64,000 nucleotides of DNA from Gammaproteobacteria bacterium (GCA_018813765.1 JAHJBC010000010.1:67096-131095), one strand, 5' to 3'; counted from the first letter of the stretch, positions 1 through 10,771 are shown. Notes: generated from the letters alone by a model not told the origin. Program-made: numbers and translations.

Positions 1-103
1 GCGTCTGCGGATACACCACAAAGAATCCGCCAATGGTGATAATGCCGATGCAGAAAACAAAGATCAGCCAGGGCAGATGTTCAGATTGAGTTTTGGTCTT
101 CAT
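1..103 (-). CDS. hypothetical membrane protein, N-terminus only (gene continues past left edge)
   Basis: ATG (rc of cat 101-103) opens MKTKTQSEHLPWLIFVFCIGIITIGGFFVVYPQT, with one hydrophobic helix. No obvious SD. Too short for the ORF track. Confidence 0.25.
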   Translation of the reverse strand, partial: MKTKTQSEHLPWLIFVFCIGIITIGGFFVVYPQT

Positions 104-340
104 TTGAATTTAACGGAAATTTCACATTGACCGAAAAGGGCTTCTGGATTGTAATCCGCCCCTGTCATCAAATGGAAATTCCGACTCCCATTGTCTTGCG
201 ATGCTTATTGTTGTAGTTTGCGACGCCATCGACCGCAGTTGTTTACGAATAGTTCCCCTCATGCATAGAACTTTTCCGAAAATACCTGTCTGAAAACGCT
301 CCGGCAGTCCGGTTCCCGAATTTATCAAGCAACTCACATT

Positions 341-1633
341 ATGGACACCAATCTCCTCATCTATCTCATCCCGCTGGCCCTCATCGTATTTTTTCACTTG
401 AGAAGCAGGAAATCCAAAGAAAAAGCCGCCGTTTCGCTGCTGAACGAGAACATCGAGGCCGGCCTGACCGAACCGCCTTCGCTGCATCCCGAGATCAATC
501 CCAAACTCTGCCTGGGCGCGGGAAGTTGCATCACCGCCTGTCCGGAAAACGCGATCGGCATGATCAAGGGCAAGGCGGTATTGATCAACCCGACCCATTG
601 CATCGGCCATGGCGCCTGCGCCGTGGCGTGCCCGCACGGCGCGATCTCGCTGGTGTTCGGCACTGCCAAGCGCGGCATGGACATCCCGCAGGTCAGCCCG
701 AGTTTCGAGACCAACGTTCCCGGCATCTTCATCGCGGGCGAACTCGGCGGCATGGGACTGATCCGCAAGGCCGCCACGCAGGGCATGCAGGCCATGGACA
801 ACATCGCCAAACTCAAGGGCAGCAGCAATCCTTATGACGTGGTCATCATCGGCACCGGCCCGGCCGGACTGGCAGCCACCCTGAGCGCGATGGAGAAAAA
901 ATTGCGCCACGTCACCATCGAACAGGAAGAGGCGCTCGGCGGCTGCATCTTCCAGTATCCGCGCAACAAGGTCGTCATGACCGCGCCGGTAAAGCTGCCC
1001 ATCGTCGGCCCCATGCATTTCAAGGAAGTCAGCAAGGAGAAGCTGCTCGAATTCTGGCACGGCGTCATCCAGAAGACCGGCATGAAGCTGAACTTCAACG
1101 AGCGCATGGAGAAGATCACCAAAGCGGGCGACGGTTTCATCGTCAAGACCAACAAGGGCGAATACAAGACCCGCGCCGTGCTGCTCGCCATCGGCCGCCG
1201 CGGCACGCCGCGCAAACTGGGCGCCCCCGGCGAGGATTTGCCGAAGGTGGTGTACCGCCTGATCGAACCGGAGCAGTACAAGAACATGCATGTGCTGGTG
1301 GTCGGCGGTGGCGACAGCGCGCTGGAAGCCGCGATGGCTATCGCCGAACAGCCGGGCACCACCGTCATGCTCTCCTATCGCAGCGATGCCTTCGGACGCG
1401 GCAAGCCCAAGAACCGCGAGCGGCTGAAGGAGATGACCGCCAAGGGCCTCATCGACGTGCGCCTGAAATCCAACGTGAAGCTCATCACCAAGGACCGGGT
1501 GGTGATCGACCAGGATGGCCGCAACCTTGCCTTCCCCAACGACGCCATCATCGTCTGCGCGGGTGGCATCCTGCCTACGCCGTTCCTGAAAGAGATCGGC
1601 ATCATGGTGGAGACAAAATTCGGCACCACATAA
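341..1633 (+). CDS. membrane-anchored 4Fe-4S dicluster / FAD-NAD(P) pyridine-nucleotide-disulfide-type oxidoreductase
   Basis: 430-aa ORF with an N-terminal TM helix. Two ferredoxin-type Cys motifs (CLGAGSCITACP, CIGHGACAVACP). Two GxGxxG dinucleotide folds (IIGTGPAG, VVGGGDSA). Confidence 0.85.
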   Translation: MDTNLLIYLIPLALIVFFHLRSRKSKEKAAVSLLNENIEAGLTEPPSLHPEINPKLCLGAGSCITACPENAIGMIKGKAVLINPTHCIGHGACAVACPHGAISLVFGTAKRGMDIPQVSPSFETNVPGIFIAGELGGMGLIRKAATQGMQAMDNIAKLKGSSNPYDVVIIGTGPAGLAATLSAMEKKLRHVTIEQEEALGGCIFQYPRNKVVMTAPVKLPIVGPMHFKEVSKEKLLEFWHGVIQKTGMKLNFNERMEKITKAGDGFIVKTNKGEYKTRAVLLAIGRRGTPRKLGAPGEDLPKVVYRLIEPEQYKNMHVLVVGGGDSALEAAMAIAEQPGTTVMLSYRSDAFGRGKPKNRERLKEMTAKGLIDVRLKSNVKLITKDRVVIDQDGRNLAFPNDAIIVCAGGILPTPFLKEIGIMVETKFGTT

Positions 1634-1691
1634 GGATCGTAGCGCTGGCGATGCGGCAGGCAGGTGAATGGCATGTACGCTGACCATGTCG

Positions 1692-3050
1692 TTATCGCCC
1701 TTCCGCACGGTCGTCGGACTGCAACCGCAATCCCACCGTCACGCACAAACCGTGTCCGCCATCCGCCGCAACCAGTTGCAGCGTTGCGCCATGCACTTCG
1801 GCGATGCGCTTGACGATGGACAAGCCCAGACCGCTGCCCTCACCTTGTGTTTCCGCCGCCCGATAGAACCGTTCCACCACCCGGGACATTTCCTGTTGCG
1901 GAATACCCGGACCGTCATCGCACACCGACAGGCAAGCCGACCCCGCATCCCGAACGACGCCCACGCGAACGGTCGTACCCGATGGAGAGTGACGCACGGC
2001 ATTCTCGATCAGGTTACGCATCAGTATGCGCAGCAACTCCGCATTCCCGCGCACGGCGAATTCGTCCCCCTCCGTCAATTCGATGCGTACATCCCGGCCC
2101 AGCGCGACCGGCGCGATCGCCGCGATCTCACCGGCCGCGATCTCGCGCAGTCGGCATGAACCCGCCACATCGGCATTCGGCGCGTCGACACGCGCCAGCG
2201 TCAGTAACTGTCCGATCAGATGGGTGGCGCGGTCGCAGCCCCGGATTGCATTGTCGAGGGCATGGATGCGCTCTGCCTCTGCCGTGGCGTTGCGCGCCAC
2301 CTGTACCTGCGCCTTGATCCCCGCCATGGGCGTGCGCAATTCGTGCGCGGCATCTGCGGTGAAACGGCGCTCGCGCTGGAAAGTGGAATCGATGCGCGCG
2401 AACAGGCGATTGAGCCGCTCGATCAGCGGCAACACCTCGCGCGGCGCCGCAGCCGTATCCAGCGGAGTCAGCGTCTCGACATCGCGCCGTTCCACTTCGG
2501 AAGCCAACCTGCCCAGCGGCTGCATGCCGCGCACCACCGCGACCCACAGCAGCAGCGCCAGCACGGGCAGCGCGAACAGCAACGGTTCCAGCAGATTGCC
2601 GACAATGTCCTGCGCCAGCTCATCGCGCACGTCGGCGCGCTCGGCCACCTGGACCAGGAACTCGCCCGATTCGTCCCACGCGCTGAATACCCGCCACCTT
2701 TCTCCGTCGATGACACTGTCGCTGAAACCTTTTTCGGTATCGGCCAGATGGTGCTGCGGTGCGTTGGCGGAATGCAGGCGCAATGTCTTTCCGCCTTCCC
2801 AAATCTGGAACGCCACCCGGCGCGCATACTTGTGCAGCAGCGGCGTGTGTTCCGTCTCCAGTTCATCCAGTTCGTGCGATGCCTGTGCGGCCAGCAACGC
2901 GGCATCCTGCGCCAGATGCGCGTCCAGCACCTCGTCGAATTCCTCGCGCGCGTCGAAATAGACGAACGCCGACGCCACGACCCACACCACCGCCACCGTC
3001 GTCAGTGCCAGTACCAGCAAGCGTCTTTTCAGGGAAACATGTTCGCGCAT
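1692..3050 (-). CDS. two-component sensor histidine kinase (QseC/PhoQ-like architecture)
   Basis: 452 aa with two TM segments. H-box AAHELRTPM, G-boxes DDGPGIP and GSGLGLSIV. Stop lies 2 nt from the upstream response regulator gene. Confidence 0.9.
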   Translation of the reverse strand: MREHVSLKRRLLVLALTTVAVVWVVASAFVYFDAREEFDEVLDAHLAQDAALLAAQASHELDELETEHTPLLHKYARRVAFQIWEGGKTLRLHSANAPQHHLADTEKGFSDSVIDGERWRVFSAWDESGEFLVQVAERADVRDELAQDIVGNLLEPLLFALPVLALLLWVAVVRGMQPLGRLASEVERRDVETLTPLDTAAAPREVLPLIERLNRLFARIDSTFQRERRFTADAAHELRTPMAGIKAQVQVARNATAEAERIHALDNAIRGCDRATHLIGQLLTLARVDAPNADVAGSCRLREIAAGEIAAIAPVALGRDVRIELTEGDEFAVRGNAELLRILMRNLIENAVRHSPSGTTVRVGVVRDAGSACLSVCDDGPGIPQQEMSRVVERFYRAAETQGEGSGLGLSIVKRIAEVHGATLQLVAADGGHGLCVTVGLRLQSDDRAEGR

Positions 3051-3051
3051 C

Positions 3052-3720
3052 TCAAGCTGCCTTGTCGGCTGAAATCAAATATCCCACGCCGCGTATCGTT
3101 TCGATCAGGCCGGGGAAGAGTTTGCGCCGCAGATGATGGATATGGACTTCCACGGCATTGCTCTCGACCTCCTCGCCCCATGCGTACAGTTGTTCTTCCA
3201 GTTGTGCGCGCGACATCACCCTGCCCGCATTCAGCATCAGGGCATGCAGCAGCGCAAACTCCTTCGGGGATAGTTCAACGGGCTTATCCTGATATTGCAC
3301 GCGATGGGCGGCGGGATCGAGGGAGATTCCGGCAACTTGCAGCAGCAGATCAACTTTGCCGCCGGCACGGCGAATCAGCGCACGCAAGCGCGCGGCCAGT
3401 TCACCCATGTCGAAAGGTTTCAACAGGTAATCGTCCGCCCCCGCATCCAGCCCGCCGATGCGATCCTCCACCGCATCCCTTGCCGTCAGGATCAACACCG
3501 GGATGGAAGCGCCGCGACCGCGCAAACGACGCAGCACTTCCAGCCCCGCCAATCGCGGCAAGCCCAGGTCCAGCACGACGGCAGCATAGGGCTCGGTGGC
3601 CAATGCAAGATCGGCCGACACACCGTCCTTCATCCAGTCGACGGCATAGCCGGACTGTTTCAGTCCGGCCTGTATGGCATCGCCCAGCAGGGCATCATCC
3701 TCGACTACCAGCACGCGCAT
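3052..3720 (-). CDS. OmpR-family response regulator
   Basis: 222 aa. Receiver domain (MRVLVVEDD, LDLGLP, DDYLLKPF) plus a winged-helix C-terminus (IETIRGVGYLI). Confidence 0.92.
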   Translation of the reverse strand: MRVLVVEDDALLGDAIQAGLKQSGYAVDWMKDGVSADLALATEPYAAVVLDLGLPRLAGLEVLRRLRGRGASIPVLILTARDAVEDRIGGLDAGADDYLLKPFDMGELAARLRALIRRAGGKVDLLLQVAGISLDPAAHRVQYQDKPVELSPKEFALLHALMLNAGRVMSRAQLEEQLYAWGEEVESNAVEVHIHHLRRKLFPGLIETIRGVGYLISADKAA

Positions 3721-3743
3721 GTCTCACCTGTATTTACCAAAGG

Positions 3744-4418
3744 TCAATCGTCGTCGTCATCGTCGTGATGCCCGGCATGCGTGGCGACTGCGCCGGACGG
3801 CGTTGCACTGAATGCCGGATAACCGGCCCAGAACGCCACCACCACGGCCAGCATTATGACACCCAACCAGATATAAGAACGTTCTGCGCCCTGCTCCCGC
3901 TCGCTACTCTTGGTCCCGGTGATCATGGCGCGCAGCAGATTCTCGCGATGCAGAATACTGCTCACCACCACACCGGCGACATGCACCGCAACGACCGCCA
4001 GCATGCCGAACGAAAGTACCTCATGCAGTTCTTCCATCGCGTCGCCGCCGATGTCCTGGAACAGCAGCACGCCGCTCACGCCGGAACCAGCGGCCAGAAG
4101 CAGCAGCAACCAGATCGATACGCTGCCGGCCGGATTGTGGCCAACAAAATGTCTTGCCTTGCCTTTGACCATATCCGACACATAGCCAAGCACTTCTCCC
4201 GGCGTGAACAGGAAAGAATCGAACCGCGCATAGCGCGTGCCGATGAATCCCCACAACAGCCTGAAAACGATCAGCCCAAGTATGGTGTAGCCCAACATCA
4301 CATGAATGTCGCGATAACGTTCCGATTCCGATGTCAGGAACGCGCCGCAGAACGACAGCACCAGTGTCCAGTGGAACACCCGCGTCGGCACATCCCAGAC
4401 TCTTATTCCTTCGCTCAC
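3744..4418 (-). CDS. cytochrome b561 / Ni-hydrogenase-type b cytochrome family membrane protein
   Basis: 224 aa with 4 predicted TM helices. Conserved His positions (RVFHWTLV, GHNPAG, VHVAGVV). Unusual C-terminal tail HAGHHDDDDDD. Confidence 0.85.
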   Translation of the reverse strand: MSEGIRVWDVPTRVFHWTLVLSFCGAFLTSESERYRDIHVMLGYTILGLIVFRLLWGFIGTRYARFDSFLFTPGEVLGYVSDMVKGKARHFVGHNPAGSVSIWLLLLLAAGSGVSGVLLFQDIGGDAMEELHEVLSFGMLAVVAVHVAGVVVSSILHRENLLRAMITGTKSSEREQGAERSYIWLGVIMLAVVVAFWAGYPAFSATPSGAVATHAGHHDDDDDD

Positions 4419-4432
4419 GATGTTTCCCCTGC

Positions 4433-4927
4433 TTATTTCGGCATGCGGATGTTGCGCTCGCGATAATCACCGCTCTCGGCCTCGGTGTGGCAGGCCGCGC
4501 AATTGGACGGGCTCTTCACCAGCGGGTTCTTCCACACGCGTTGCGGTACCTCGTCATGCTCGCGCACGAACCAGCGCGTCTCGCTAATGCGCAATAGCGG
4601 TTTTGCGGCAGGATCGATCTTCCTCCTGCTGGCATGTTGCTCCAGGAAAGCGCCGATCTCCTGCGCGACAGGCGCTTCCAGGCTGGCATCCGTGCCGAAG
4701 TGTTTGTCCAGTCCAGCCATCATCTCGCGCCAGGAAGCGGCGGGCAGCAGACGCGGCGGGAACGCCACATGACATTCACCGCATTCGGCCTGCCAAGCTG
4801 CATTGGTCGCAACAGACCTGCGGCCGCCTTCGTGCTCATCGTCATCGGCTTGCGCGACGGACATCACTCCGCCCAGCAGGACGACAGCCGCGAACATGCG
4901 CAATGCGCTTCCGAAATCGATTGACAT
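4433..4927 (-). CDS. periplasmic dihaem cytochrome c
   Basis: Internal ATG at 4927 gives a 164-aa protein with a signal peptide (MSIDFGSALRMFAAVVLLGGVMSVAQA) and two CxxCH motifs (CGECH, CAACH). The longer ORF-track extension overlaps the upstream gene. Confidence 0.8.
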   Translation of the reverse strand: MSIDFGSALRMFAAVVLLGGVMSVAQADDDEHEGGRRSVATNAAWQAECGECHVAFPPRLLPAASWREMMAGLDKHFGTDASLEAPVAQEIGAFLEQHASRRKIDPAAKPLLRISETRWFVREHDEVPQRVWKNPLVKSPSNCAACHTEAESGDYRERNIRMPK

Positions 4928-4937
4928 GAATTTCCCC

Positions 4938-5354
4938 TTATTTGTTGATGGTAAGCAGGTAAGTGAGTACATCGCCCTTTTCCTGCGCTGTGCAGGCACG
5001 CTCGAGCACGTCGTTGCAATTGCGTTTGAACCATTTCTCCACCTTGGCGGGATCGGTGAAGCGCTCGGGATTGACCAGCGGCGCCATCGGTTTGATGAGC
5101 TTGCTGGTCTTGGCATGCTTGCCGCTGCTTGCCGGATTTTCAGTATGGCAAGAGGCGCAACTCCAGTCGTTGCCATGCGTGGCCTTGAAGAACTGTTCGC
5201 CGTTCGCGGCTGAAAAACCCTGGAATCCCGGAGTGGACCTTGCCGACTCGGCAAATTCGTCCATGATCTGGCCGAATGTTTCGGCGCCAGCCGGTTGCAC
5301 TGCCGACATGGCGGCGACTACCAGCAGAACCGACATCGAGAATGCGCGTGACAT
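4938..5354 (-). CDS. monohaem cytochrome c, DUF1924-like
   Basis: 138 aa with a signal peptide and a single CASCH motif. Lies first in a gene string with the dihaem c and b561 genes. Confidence 0.8.
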   Translation of the reverse strand: MSRAFSMSVLLVVAAMSAVQPAGAETFGQIMDEFAESARSTPGFQGFSAANGEQFFKATHGNDWSCASCHTENPASSGKHAKTSKLIKPMAPLVNPERFTDPAKVEKWFKRNCNDVLERACTAQEKGDVLTYLLTINK

Positions 5355-5453
5355 ATTGATCTCCTGCGATATGAATTTCGAGGAGTGCAGAATAGGCAGC
5401 CGGACTTAAGGCATGCTTAACAACGGAAGGTGCGGGAGGGAATTACGAAGAAT

Positions 5454-5529
5454 TGGTGCCGCTTGTCGGATTCGAACTGACGACCTACCGCTTACAAGGC
5501 GGTTGCTCTACCAACTGAGCTAAAGCGGC
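5454..5529 (-). tRNA. tRNA-Thr (anticodon TGT)
   Basis: The reverse complement folds as a cloverleaf. Acceptor GCCGCTT/AAGCGGC, anticodon loop CTTGTAA, T-loop TTCGAAT, encoded CCA. One A-C mismatch in the T stem. Confidence 0.85.
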
Positions 5530-5543
5530 TGAGGGATTGAAAC

Positions 5544-5619
5544 TGGTGGGTCGGGCGAGATTCGAACTCGCGACCAACGGATTAAAAGTCCGCTGCTCTA
5601 CCGACTGAGCTACCGACCC
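5544..5619 (-). tRNA. tRNA-Lys (anticodon TTT)
   Basis: The reverse complement is GGGTCGGTAGCTCAGTCGGTAGAGCAGCGGACTTTTAATCCGTTGGTCGCGAGTTCGAATCTCGCCCGACCCACCA. All four stems are perfect and CCA is encoded. Confidence 0.93.
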
Positions 5620-5683
5620 CGTCCCAAAAGGGAGCGCGCATTATACGGGTTTGACTTTGAGTGTCAAACGAAGCGGCGATGCG

Positions 5684-6358
5684 CTATACCCCGCGATAGC
5701 GCGTGGAATCAGGCACTCCGGCCGCTTGAAAGCCTTCGCGACGCAGGCGGCAGGAATCGCAGCGCCCGCAGGCCCGCCCCTCTTCATCGGCCTGGTAACA
5801 GGAGACCGTGATTGCGTAATCCACCCCGAGGCGGACACCCTCGCGGATGATTTCGGCTTTGGATAGATGCAGCAGCGGCGCATGCAAAGTGAGAGGCTTG
5901 CCTTCCACCGCCGCCTGGGTCGCCAGATTGGCCATGCGCTCGAATGCCGCGACATATTCGGGTCGGCAGTCCGGATAGCCGGAATAGTCCACCGCGTTCA
6001 CGCCGAAGAAGATGTCCTGCGCCTTCAGCACTTCGGCCCAAGCCAGTGCGAGCGACAGCATGATGGTGTTGCGGGCGGGCACATAAGTGATGGGGATACC
6101 GCTGCTGGCATGCTCCGGCACGGCGATGTTCGCATCGGTCAGTGCCGAACCGCCAAAAGCGGTGAGATCGATATCGATGACGCGATGCTCGCGCGCTCCC
6201 AAGGTCTCTGCCACCCGTTTCGACGCGGCCAATTCGGCATGATGGCGCTGGCCATAATTCACGCTCAAGGCATAGCACTCGAATCCCCGAGCCCGCGCCA
6301 TCGCCAGCACCGTGGCCGAGTCCAGACCTCCCGACAGCAATACCACCGCTCTTTTCAT
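5684..6358 (-). CDS. queC: 7-cyano-7-deazaguanine synthase
   Basis: 224 aa. PP-loop [10 protein letters not shown] and a C-terminal Zn Cys cluster ([10 protein letters not shown]). Confidence 0.93.
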   Translation of the reverse strand: MKRAVVLLSGGLDSATVLAMARARGFECYALSVNYGQRHHAELAASKRVAETLGAREHRVIDIDLTAFGGSALTDANIAVPEHASSGIPITYVPARNTIMLSLALAWAEVLKAQDIFFGVNAVDYSGYPDCRPEYVAAFERMANLATQAAVEGKPLTLHAPLLHLSKAEIIREGVRLGVDYAITVSCYQADEEGRACGRCDSCRLRREGFQAAGVPDSTRYRGV

Positions 6359-7014
6359 CTTCCGACCTCGTTACCCCACAACAATTTGTGCAACTGCACC
6401 TGCATGCGCACCGGCAAATGGTCGCGCAATATCCAGTCGGCCAACTCCCGAGGGGAAAGCCGCCCCTGTACCGGCGAGAACAGCACCGCACAGCGTTGCG
6501 GCAGTTCGTGTTCCTGCAGGACCTGTTTGGCCCATTCGTAGTCGGCTGCGTCGTTCAGCACGAACTTGATCTCGTCCTGCGGAGCCAGATGTTGCAGATT
6601 GCCCCACAGGTTCTTCTCCGCTTCGCCCGAGGCCGGTGTCTTGATGTCGATCACCTTCTGCACTCTGGCATCCACCCCGCTCACGTCGAGCGCACCGCTG
6701 GTTTCCAGCGACACGGCATAACCCGCATCGCACAGAGCTCTCAGCAAAGGCAGGCAATTCTTCTGCGCCAGCGGTTCGCCGCCGGTGACACAGACATAGT
6801 GTGCGCCGTGCTTGTCCACCTCGGCCATGATCGCCTCCAGCGTCATGCTCTGCCCGCCGCTGAACGCGTAAGTGGTATCGCAGTATTCGCAGCGCAAAGG
6901 ACAGCCGGTCAGGCGCACGAACACCGTGGGCAGGCCGACACGGCTGCTCTCGCCTTGCAGGGAAAAGAATATCTCGCTGATACGCAAAGAATCGTTTGCG
7001 GAAGGTGTGGCCAT
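6355..7014 (-). CDS. queE: 7-carboxy-7-deazaguanine synthase (radical SAM)
   Basis: 219 aa. Motifs SLQGES and [10 protein letters not shown]. Overlaps queC by 4 nt. Confidence 0.92.
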   Translation of the reverse strand: MATPSANDSLRISEIFFSLQGESSRVGLPTVFVRLTGCPLRCEYCDTTYAFSGGQSMTLEAIMAEVDKHGAHYVCVTGGEPLAQKNCLPLLRALCDAGYAVSLETSGALDVSGVDARVQKVIDIKTPASGEAEKNLWGNLQHLAPQDEIKFVLNDAADYEWAKQVLQEHELPQRCAVLFSPVQGRLSPRELADWILRDHLPVRMQVQLHKLLWGNEVGR

Positions 7015-7022
7015 CGTTCGGC

Positions 7023-7796
7023 TTACTTGATGGCGGCGAGGCGCTTCTTCGCTTTTTCCGATGCGTCACTTCCCGGGAACCGGGAGATGATCTGTTTCAG
7101 GGTCTTCTTCGCCGCAGTCTTGCTTTTCAGGCTGAGCTGGCAACTCGCGATGTTGAGCATCGCCTCAGCCACGCGCGGATGATCCGGGTATTTACCGACC
7201 AGCGACTGGTAACTGTCCATGCTGCTCTTGCATTCCTTTTCCAGAAAGAAGGCATTGCCCATCCAGTAGTGGACGTTGGCTTCATGCACGGACTGCGGAT
7301 AGTTGTTGAGGAAGTTGCGGAATGCCGCTGCGGCATTCTGGTATTTCTCGGCCTTGTAGAGGGAATAGGCGGCCTCGAATGCGCGATTCTCGTTCAGCGG
7401 GTCTGCGGAGACGTCCCGGGTACCGTCGGCACGGCCGGAAGATGCGGCCGCAGGAGATGCGCCGTTACCTGCTTCGACACGGCGCAGGCGCGTATCGAGA
7501 TCGACATAGAAATCCTTCTGCCGCTTCTCGGCATCCTGCAGGTGATGCACCAACTCCTCGTTCTGACCGTGCAGCTTGCGCAACTCGGTATTCAACGCTT
7601 CCATCTGCATCTGCAGGTCCAGCATGGAACGTATGTTCTGCTCCTTGTCCTGCTCCGCCGAAGCCAGCGCCTGTTCCAGCTTGGCGACGCGTGCTTCCAG
7701 TTGCTGTATCTGTTTGCGCGCATCGCCGTCCGAGAACAACCCCGCCGCAGCGTGGCTGCTCGCAACGCACAAACAGACAAGCAACCAGAAACGCAT
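7023..7796 (-). CDS. cpoB: Tol-Pal system protein CpoB/YbgF
   Basis: 257 aa with a signal peptide, an N-terminal coiled coil and C-terminal TPR repeats. Lies directly downstream of pal. Confidence 0.88.
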   Translation of the reverse strand: MRFWLLVCLCVASSHAAAGLFSDGDARKQIQQLEARVAKLEQALASAEQDKEQNIRSMLDLQMQMEALNTELRKLHGQNEELVHHLQDAEKRQKDFYVDLDTRLRRVEAGNGASPAAASSGRADGTRDVSADPLNENRAFEAAYSLYKAEKYQNAAAAFRNFLNNYPQSVHEANVHYWMGNAFFLEKECKSSMDSYQSLVGKYPDHPRVAEAMLNIASCQLSLKSKTAAKKTLKQIISRFPGSDASEKAKKRLAAIK

Positions 7797-7807
7797 CGCG
7801 TGACGCT

Positions 7808-8320
7808 TTACTTGTAGACGATGTCGGCGCGACGGTTCTGTGCCCAGGATTCCTCGTCATGACCGGAGGCGCGCGGTTTCTCTTCGCCGAAGCTCACGGT
7901 CTCGATCTGGGATTCCTTCGCCCCGGCGAGGATCAGCGCCTTGCGCACATTGTTGGCGCGGCGCTGGCCCAGCCCCAGGTTGTATTCGCTGCTGCCGCGC
8001 TCGTCGGCATTGCCTTCCACGCGCACCTTGGCACTGCTGTTCTTGCTCAGATAGGCGCCGTGAGCCTGTATCGTGTCGCGATCCGCCGCTTGCACGGCAT
8101 CGACATCGAACGGGAAAAAGACGCTATTGCTGTCGGGCATCGCGACTTCCTGCTCGCCTACGGGCGCAGACGCCTCGACTGCGGCGGGTGCAGCAGATTC
8201 CGCAACTGGTTCGGCAGCAGCAGACGCGGCAACGGGCTCCTTCACTTCTTCCTTGGCAGGCTCGCTGGCACAAGCCGCCAGGAATCCGACCAGAACGGAA
8301 CTCAAAAGCAATCTCTTCAT
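7808..8320 (-). CDS. pal: peptidoglycan-associated lipoprotein Pal
   Basis: Start at 8320 gives MKRLLLSSVLVGFLAACAS with a lipobox. OmpA-like C-terminal domain (NADERGSSEYNLGLGQRRA). Confidence 0.92.
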   Translation of the reverse strand: MKRLLLSSVLVGFLAACASEPAKEEVKEPVAASAAAEPVAESAAPAAVEASAPVGEQEVAMPDSNSVFFPFDVDAVQAADRDTIQAHGAYLSKNSSAKVRVEGNADERGSSEYNLGLGQRRANNVRKALILAGAKESQIETVSFGEEKPRASGHDEESWAQNRRADIVYK

Positions 8321-8348
8321 GTTGATCTCCTTTAGTTGTCGATGCGAA

Positions 8349-9617
8349 TTACTGTTTCGAGAATGGGCCCCAGACGGGCTCGCGAATGTCGCCACGTTGC
8401 GCGAACATCTTTTGCTTCACCCTGCCGTCGCTGGACACGGTCGACAATATACCACGGCCTTGCGACTCGGTCGCGAACAGGATCAGTTTGCCATTGGGCG
8501 CGAAGCTGGGCTTCTTCTCCCAGCCGCCCGTGGTCAGTATCTGCATCTGCATGCTCTCGAAATCCTGCGTCGCGATATAGAACACACCGCCGTTGTAATG
8601 TGAGTAGACAAAACCCTTTCCGTCCGGACTGTAGCGCGGCGAGAAATTGCTCTTGCCCTCGAAGGTGAGCCGCTCTGCATAACCTCCCTCCACCGCGATA
8701 CGATAGATCTGCGCGCTGCCGCCGCGATCCGAGGTGAACAGCAGCCACTTACTATCCGGCGAGAAAGCCGGTTCGGTATCGATGGCTTCGCCGAAAGTGA
8801 TGCGGCGCAGCCCGCTGCCGTCGGCGCGTACCAGATAGAGCTGCGAACTGCCGTCGCGTGTCAGCACCATGGCGAGCTGCTTGCCGTCCGGCGACCATGT
8901 CGGCGCACTGTTGCTGCCGGAAAAATCCGCCAGCACCCTGCGTTTCTGCGTTGCCAGCGTCTGCACGTAGACCGTCGCATGTCCACGCTCGAAACTCACA
9001 TAGGCGATCTGCCTGCCGTCCGGCGACCATGCCGGCGACATGATGGGTTCGTTCAGGGACAGCAGCGTCTGCTCGCCGTAACCGTCGCTGTCCGCCACCA
9101 CCAGACGATAATGTTTTGCTTCCCGGTTGACGTAGGCAATGCGCGTGCTGAACACGCCGGCGCTGCCGGTCAGTCTTTCGTACACGAGGTCGGCGATGCG
9201 ATGCGCAATGGCGCGTACCTGGTCCCCCGGCGCAGTCACCGCCAGCCCGATCAACTCCGACTGCCGCACCGCATCCAGCAACCGGAAGCGCACTTCCACC
9301 TTGCCGCCGTCCAGCGTGCGTACGCTGCCGATGACCAGCGCTTCCACGCCGGGCCACTCGGCATACCTCACATCGCCCGGCTCGTGCGGCGCCTTGCCCA
9401 GCGGATCGACCAGCTTGAACAGGCCGGTGCGCAGCAGGTCGTTGGACACCACAGTGCTGACCGCCTGCCCGGCGACCTGTTCTTCGTTCGCGAAACGCAC
9501 CACCGAGATCGGCGTCTGGTGTTCCCCCGCGCCGGTGATCTCGATCTCCAGCGCGGCCTGCGCCGATATCGTCATGAACATTCCCAGCAATGCAAAAACA
9601 TAACTACGCATACGCAT
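8349..9617 (-). CDS. tolB: Tol-Pal system beta-propeller protein TolB
   Basis: 422 aa with a signal peptide. Repeated propeller motifs (PAWSPDG, PTWSPDG, PAFSPDS, PRYSPDG). Confidence 0.95.
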   Translation of the reverse strand: MRMRSYVFALLGMFMTISAQAALEIEITGAGEHQTPISVVRFANEEQVAGQAVSTVVSNDLLRTGLFKLVDPLGKAPHEPGDVRYAEWPGVEALVIGSVRTLDGGKVEVRFRLLDAVRQSELIGLAVTAPGDQVRAIAHRIADLVYERLTGSAGVFSTRIAYVNREAKHYRLVVADSDGYGEQTLLSLNEPIMSPAWSPDGRQIAYVSFERGHATVYVQTLATQKRRVLADFSGSNSAPTWSPDGKQLAMVLTRDGSSQLYLVRADGSGLRRITFGEAIDTEPAFSPDSKWLLFTSDRGGSAQIYRIAVEGGYAERLTFEGKSNFSPRYSPDGKGFVYSHYNGGVFYIATQDFESMQMQILTTGGWEKKPSFAPNGKLILFATESQGRGILSTVSSDGRVKQKMFAQRGDIREPVWGPFSKQ

Positions 9618-9620
9618 CCT

Positions 9621-10354
9621 TTACTCCGGCCTGATCGTTAACTTCAGCACTCGAAACATCTTTTGCAATTCCACATCTGTCGGTATCGGCAACGGCTGTG
9701 CCTTGTAGATGGCGCGTTCCGCCGCATTGTCGTATGCGGCATAACCGCTGCCCTTCAACAGCTCGACTTCCATCACCGAACCGTCTGGCAGCAACGTGAC
9801 GCTGAATGTCGCCTCCGCCGTCGGCGGCACTTCCTGTTTCACGATGTTGCGGCGGATCTTGCTGCGAATCATGTCCTGGTAGCGCCCGACCTGCGTTGCC
9901 GTGGCCGCATCCACTTCGGCGCGAATGCGCTTCTGTTCGGACTGACGCACCCGCTCGGCCTGGCGCAACTTATCCGAATAGGCTTCCAGCTCGCGTCGCT
10001 CCGCTTCCTGTTTCGCCTTGGCGGCAGCCGCCGCCTTCGCTTTTTCCTCGACCTGCTTCTTCTGCTTCAACTTCTTGTCCTGGATCTCGATGCCCGCCTT
10101 TGCCGGCGGCAACGCCGGAGCTGTGACCTTGGGCGGCGAAACGGGTTCCGTCCTGTCAGGCGGCGGGGGAAGCGATTGTTCCCGCACTGTTTCGGTGCTC
10201 GGCAGGCTGTCCCACATCTCCACCATGAAAGCGTCGGGCGGATGCGATTGCCAGCGGAAACCGAAATACAGCAGGAGGAAGAAGAACAGATGCACCGCCA
10301 GCGCCAGCATCCCGGCAGGCAAACGATACGGATCCTGATAGCTCAGCGTCGCGC

Positions 10355-10358
<4 letters not shown>
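9621..10358 (-). CDS. tolA: cell envelope integrity protein TolA
   Basis: 245 aa with an N-terminal TM anchor, a Lys/Ala/Glu-rich helical linker and a TolA/TonB-like C-terminal domain. Confidence 0.88.

Positions 10359-10771
<413 letters not shown>

Noticed and set aside
2220-4466. 748-aa plus-strand ORF, together with similar long ORFs at 122-1708, 17061-18131, 28459-29721, 54161-55453 and 57679-59424
   Set aside because: All lie antisense to, or out of frame with, genes that have clear domain signatures. Their translations are Arg/Ala/Gly/Pro/His-rich low-complexity strings typical of shadow ORFs in GC-rich DNA.
5454-5619. tRNA-Thr/tRNA-Lys pair as an integration hotspot for a genomic island
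   Set aside because: No integrase, direct repeat of a tRNA 3' end, or compositional break flanks the tRNAs. The neighbours are queC and a cytochrome operon.
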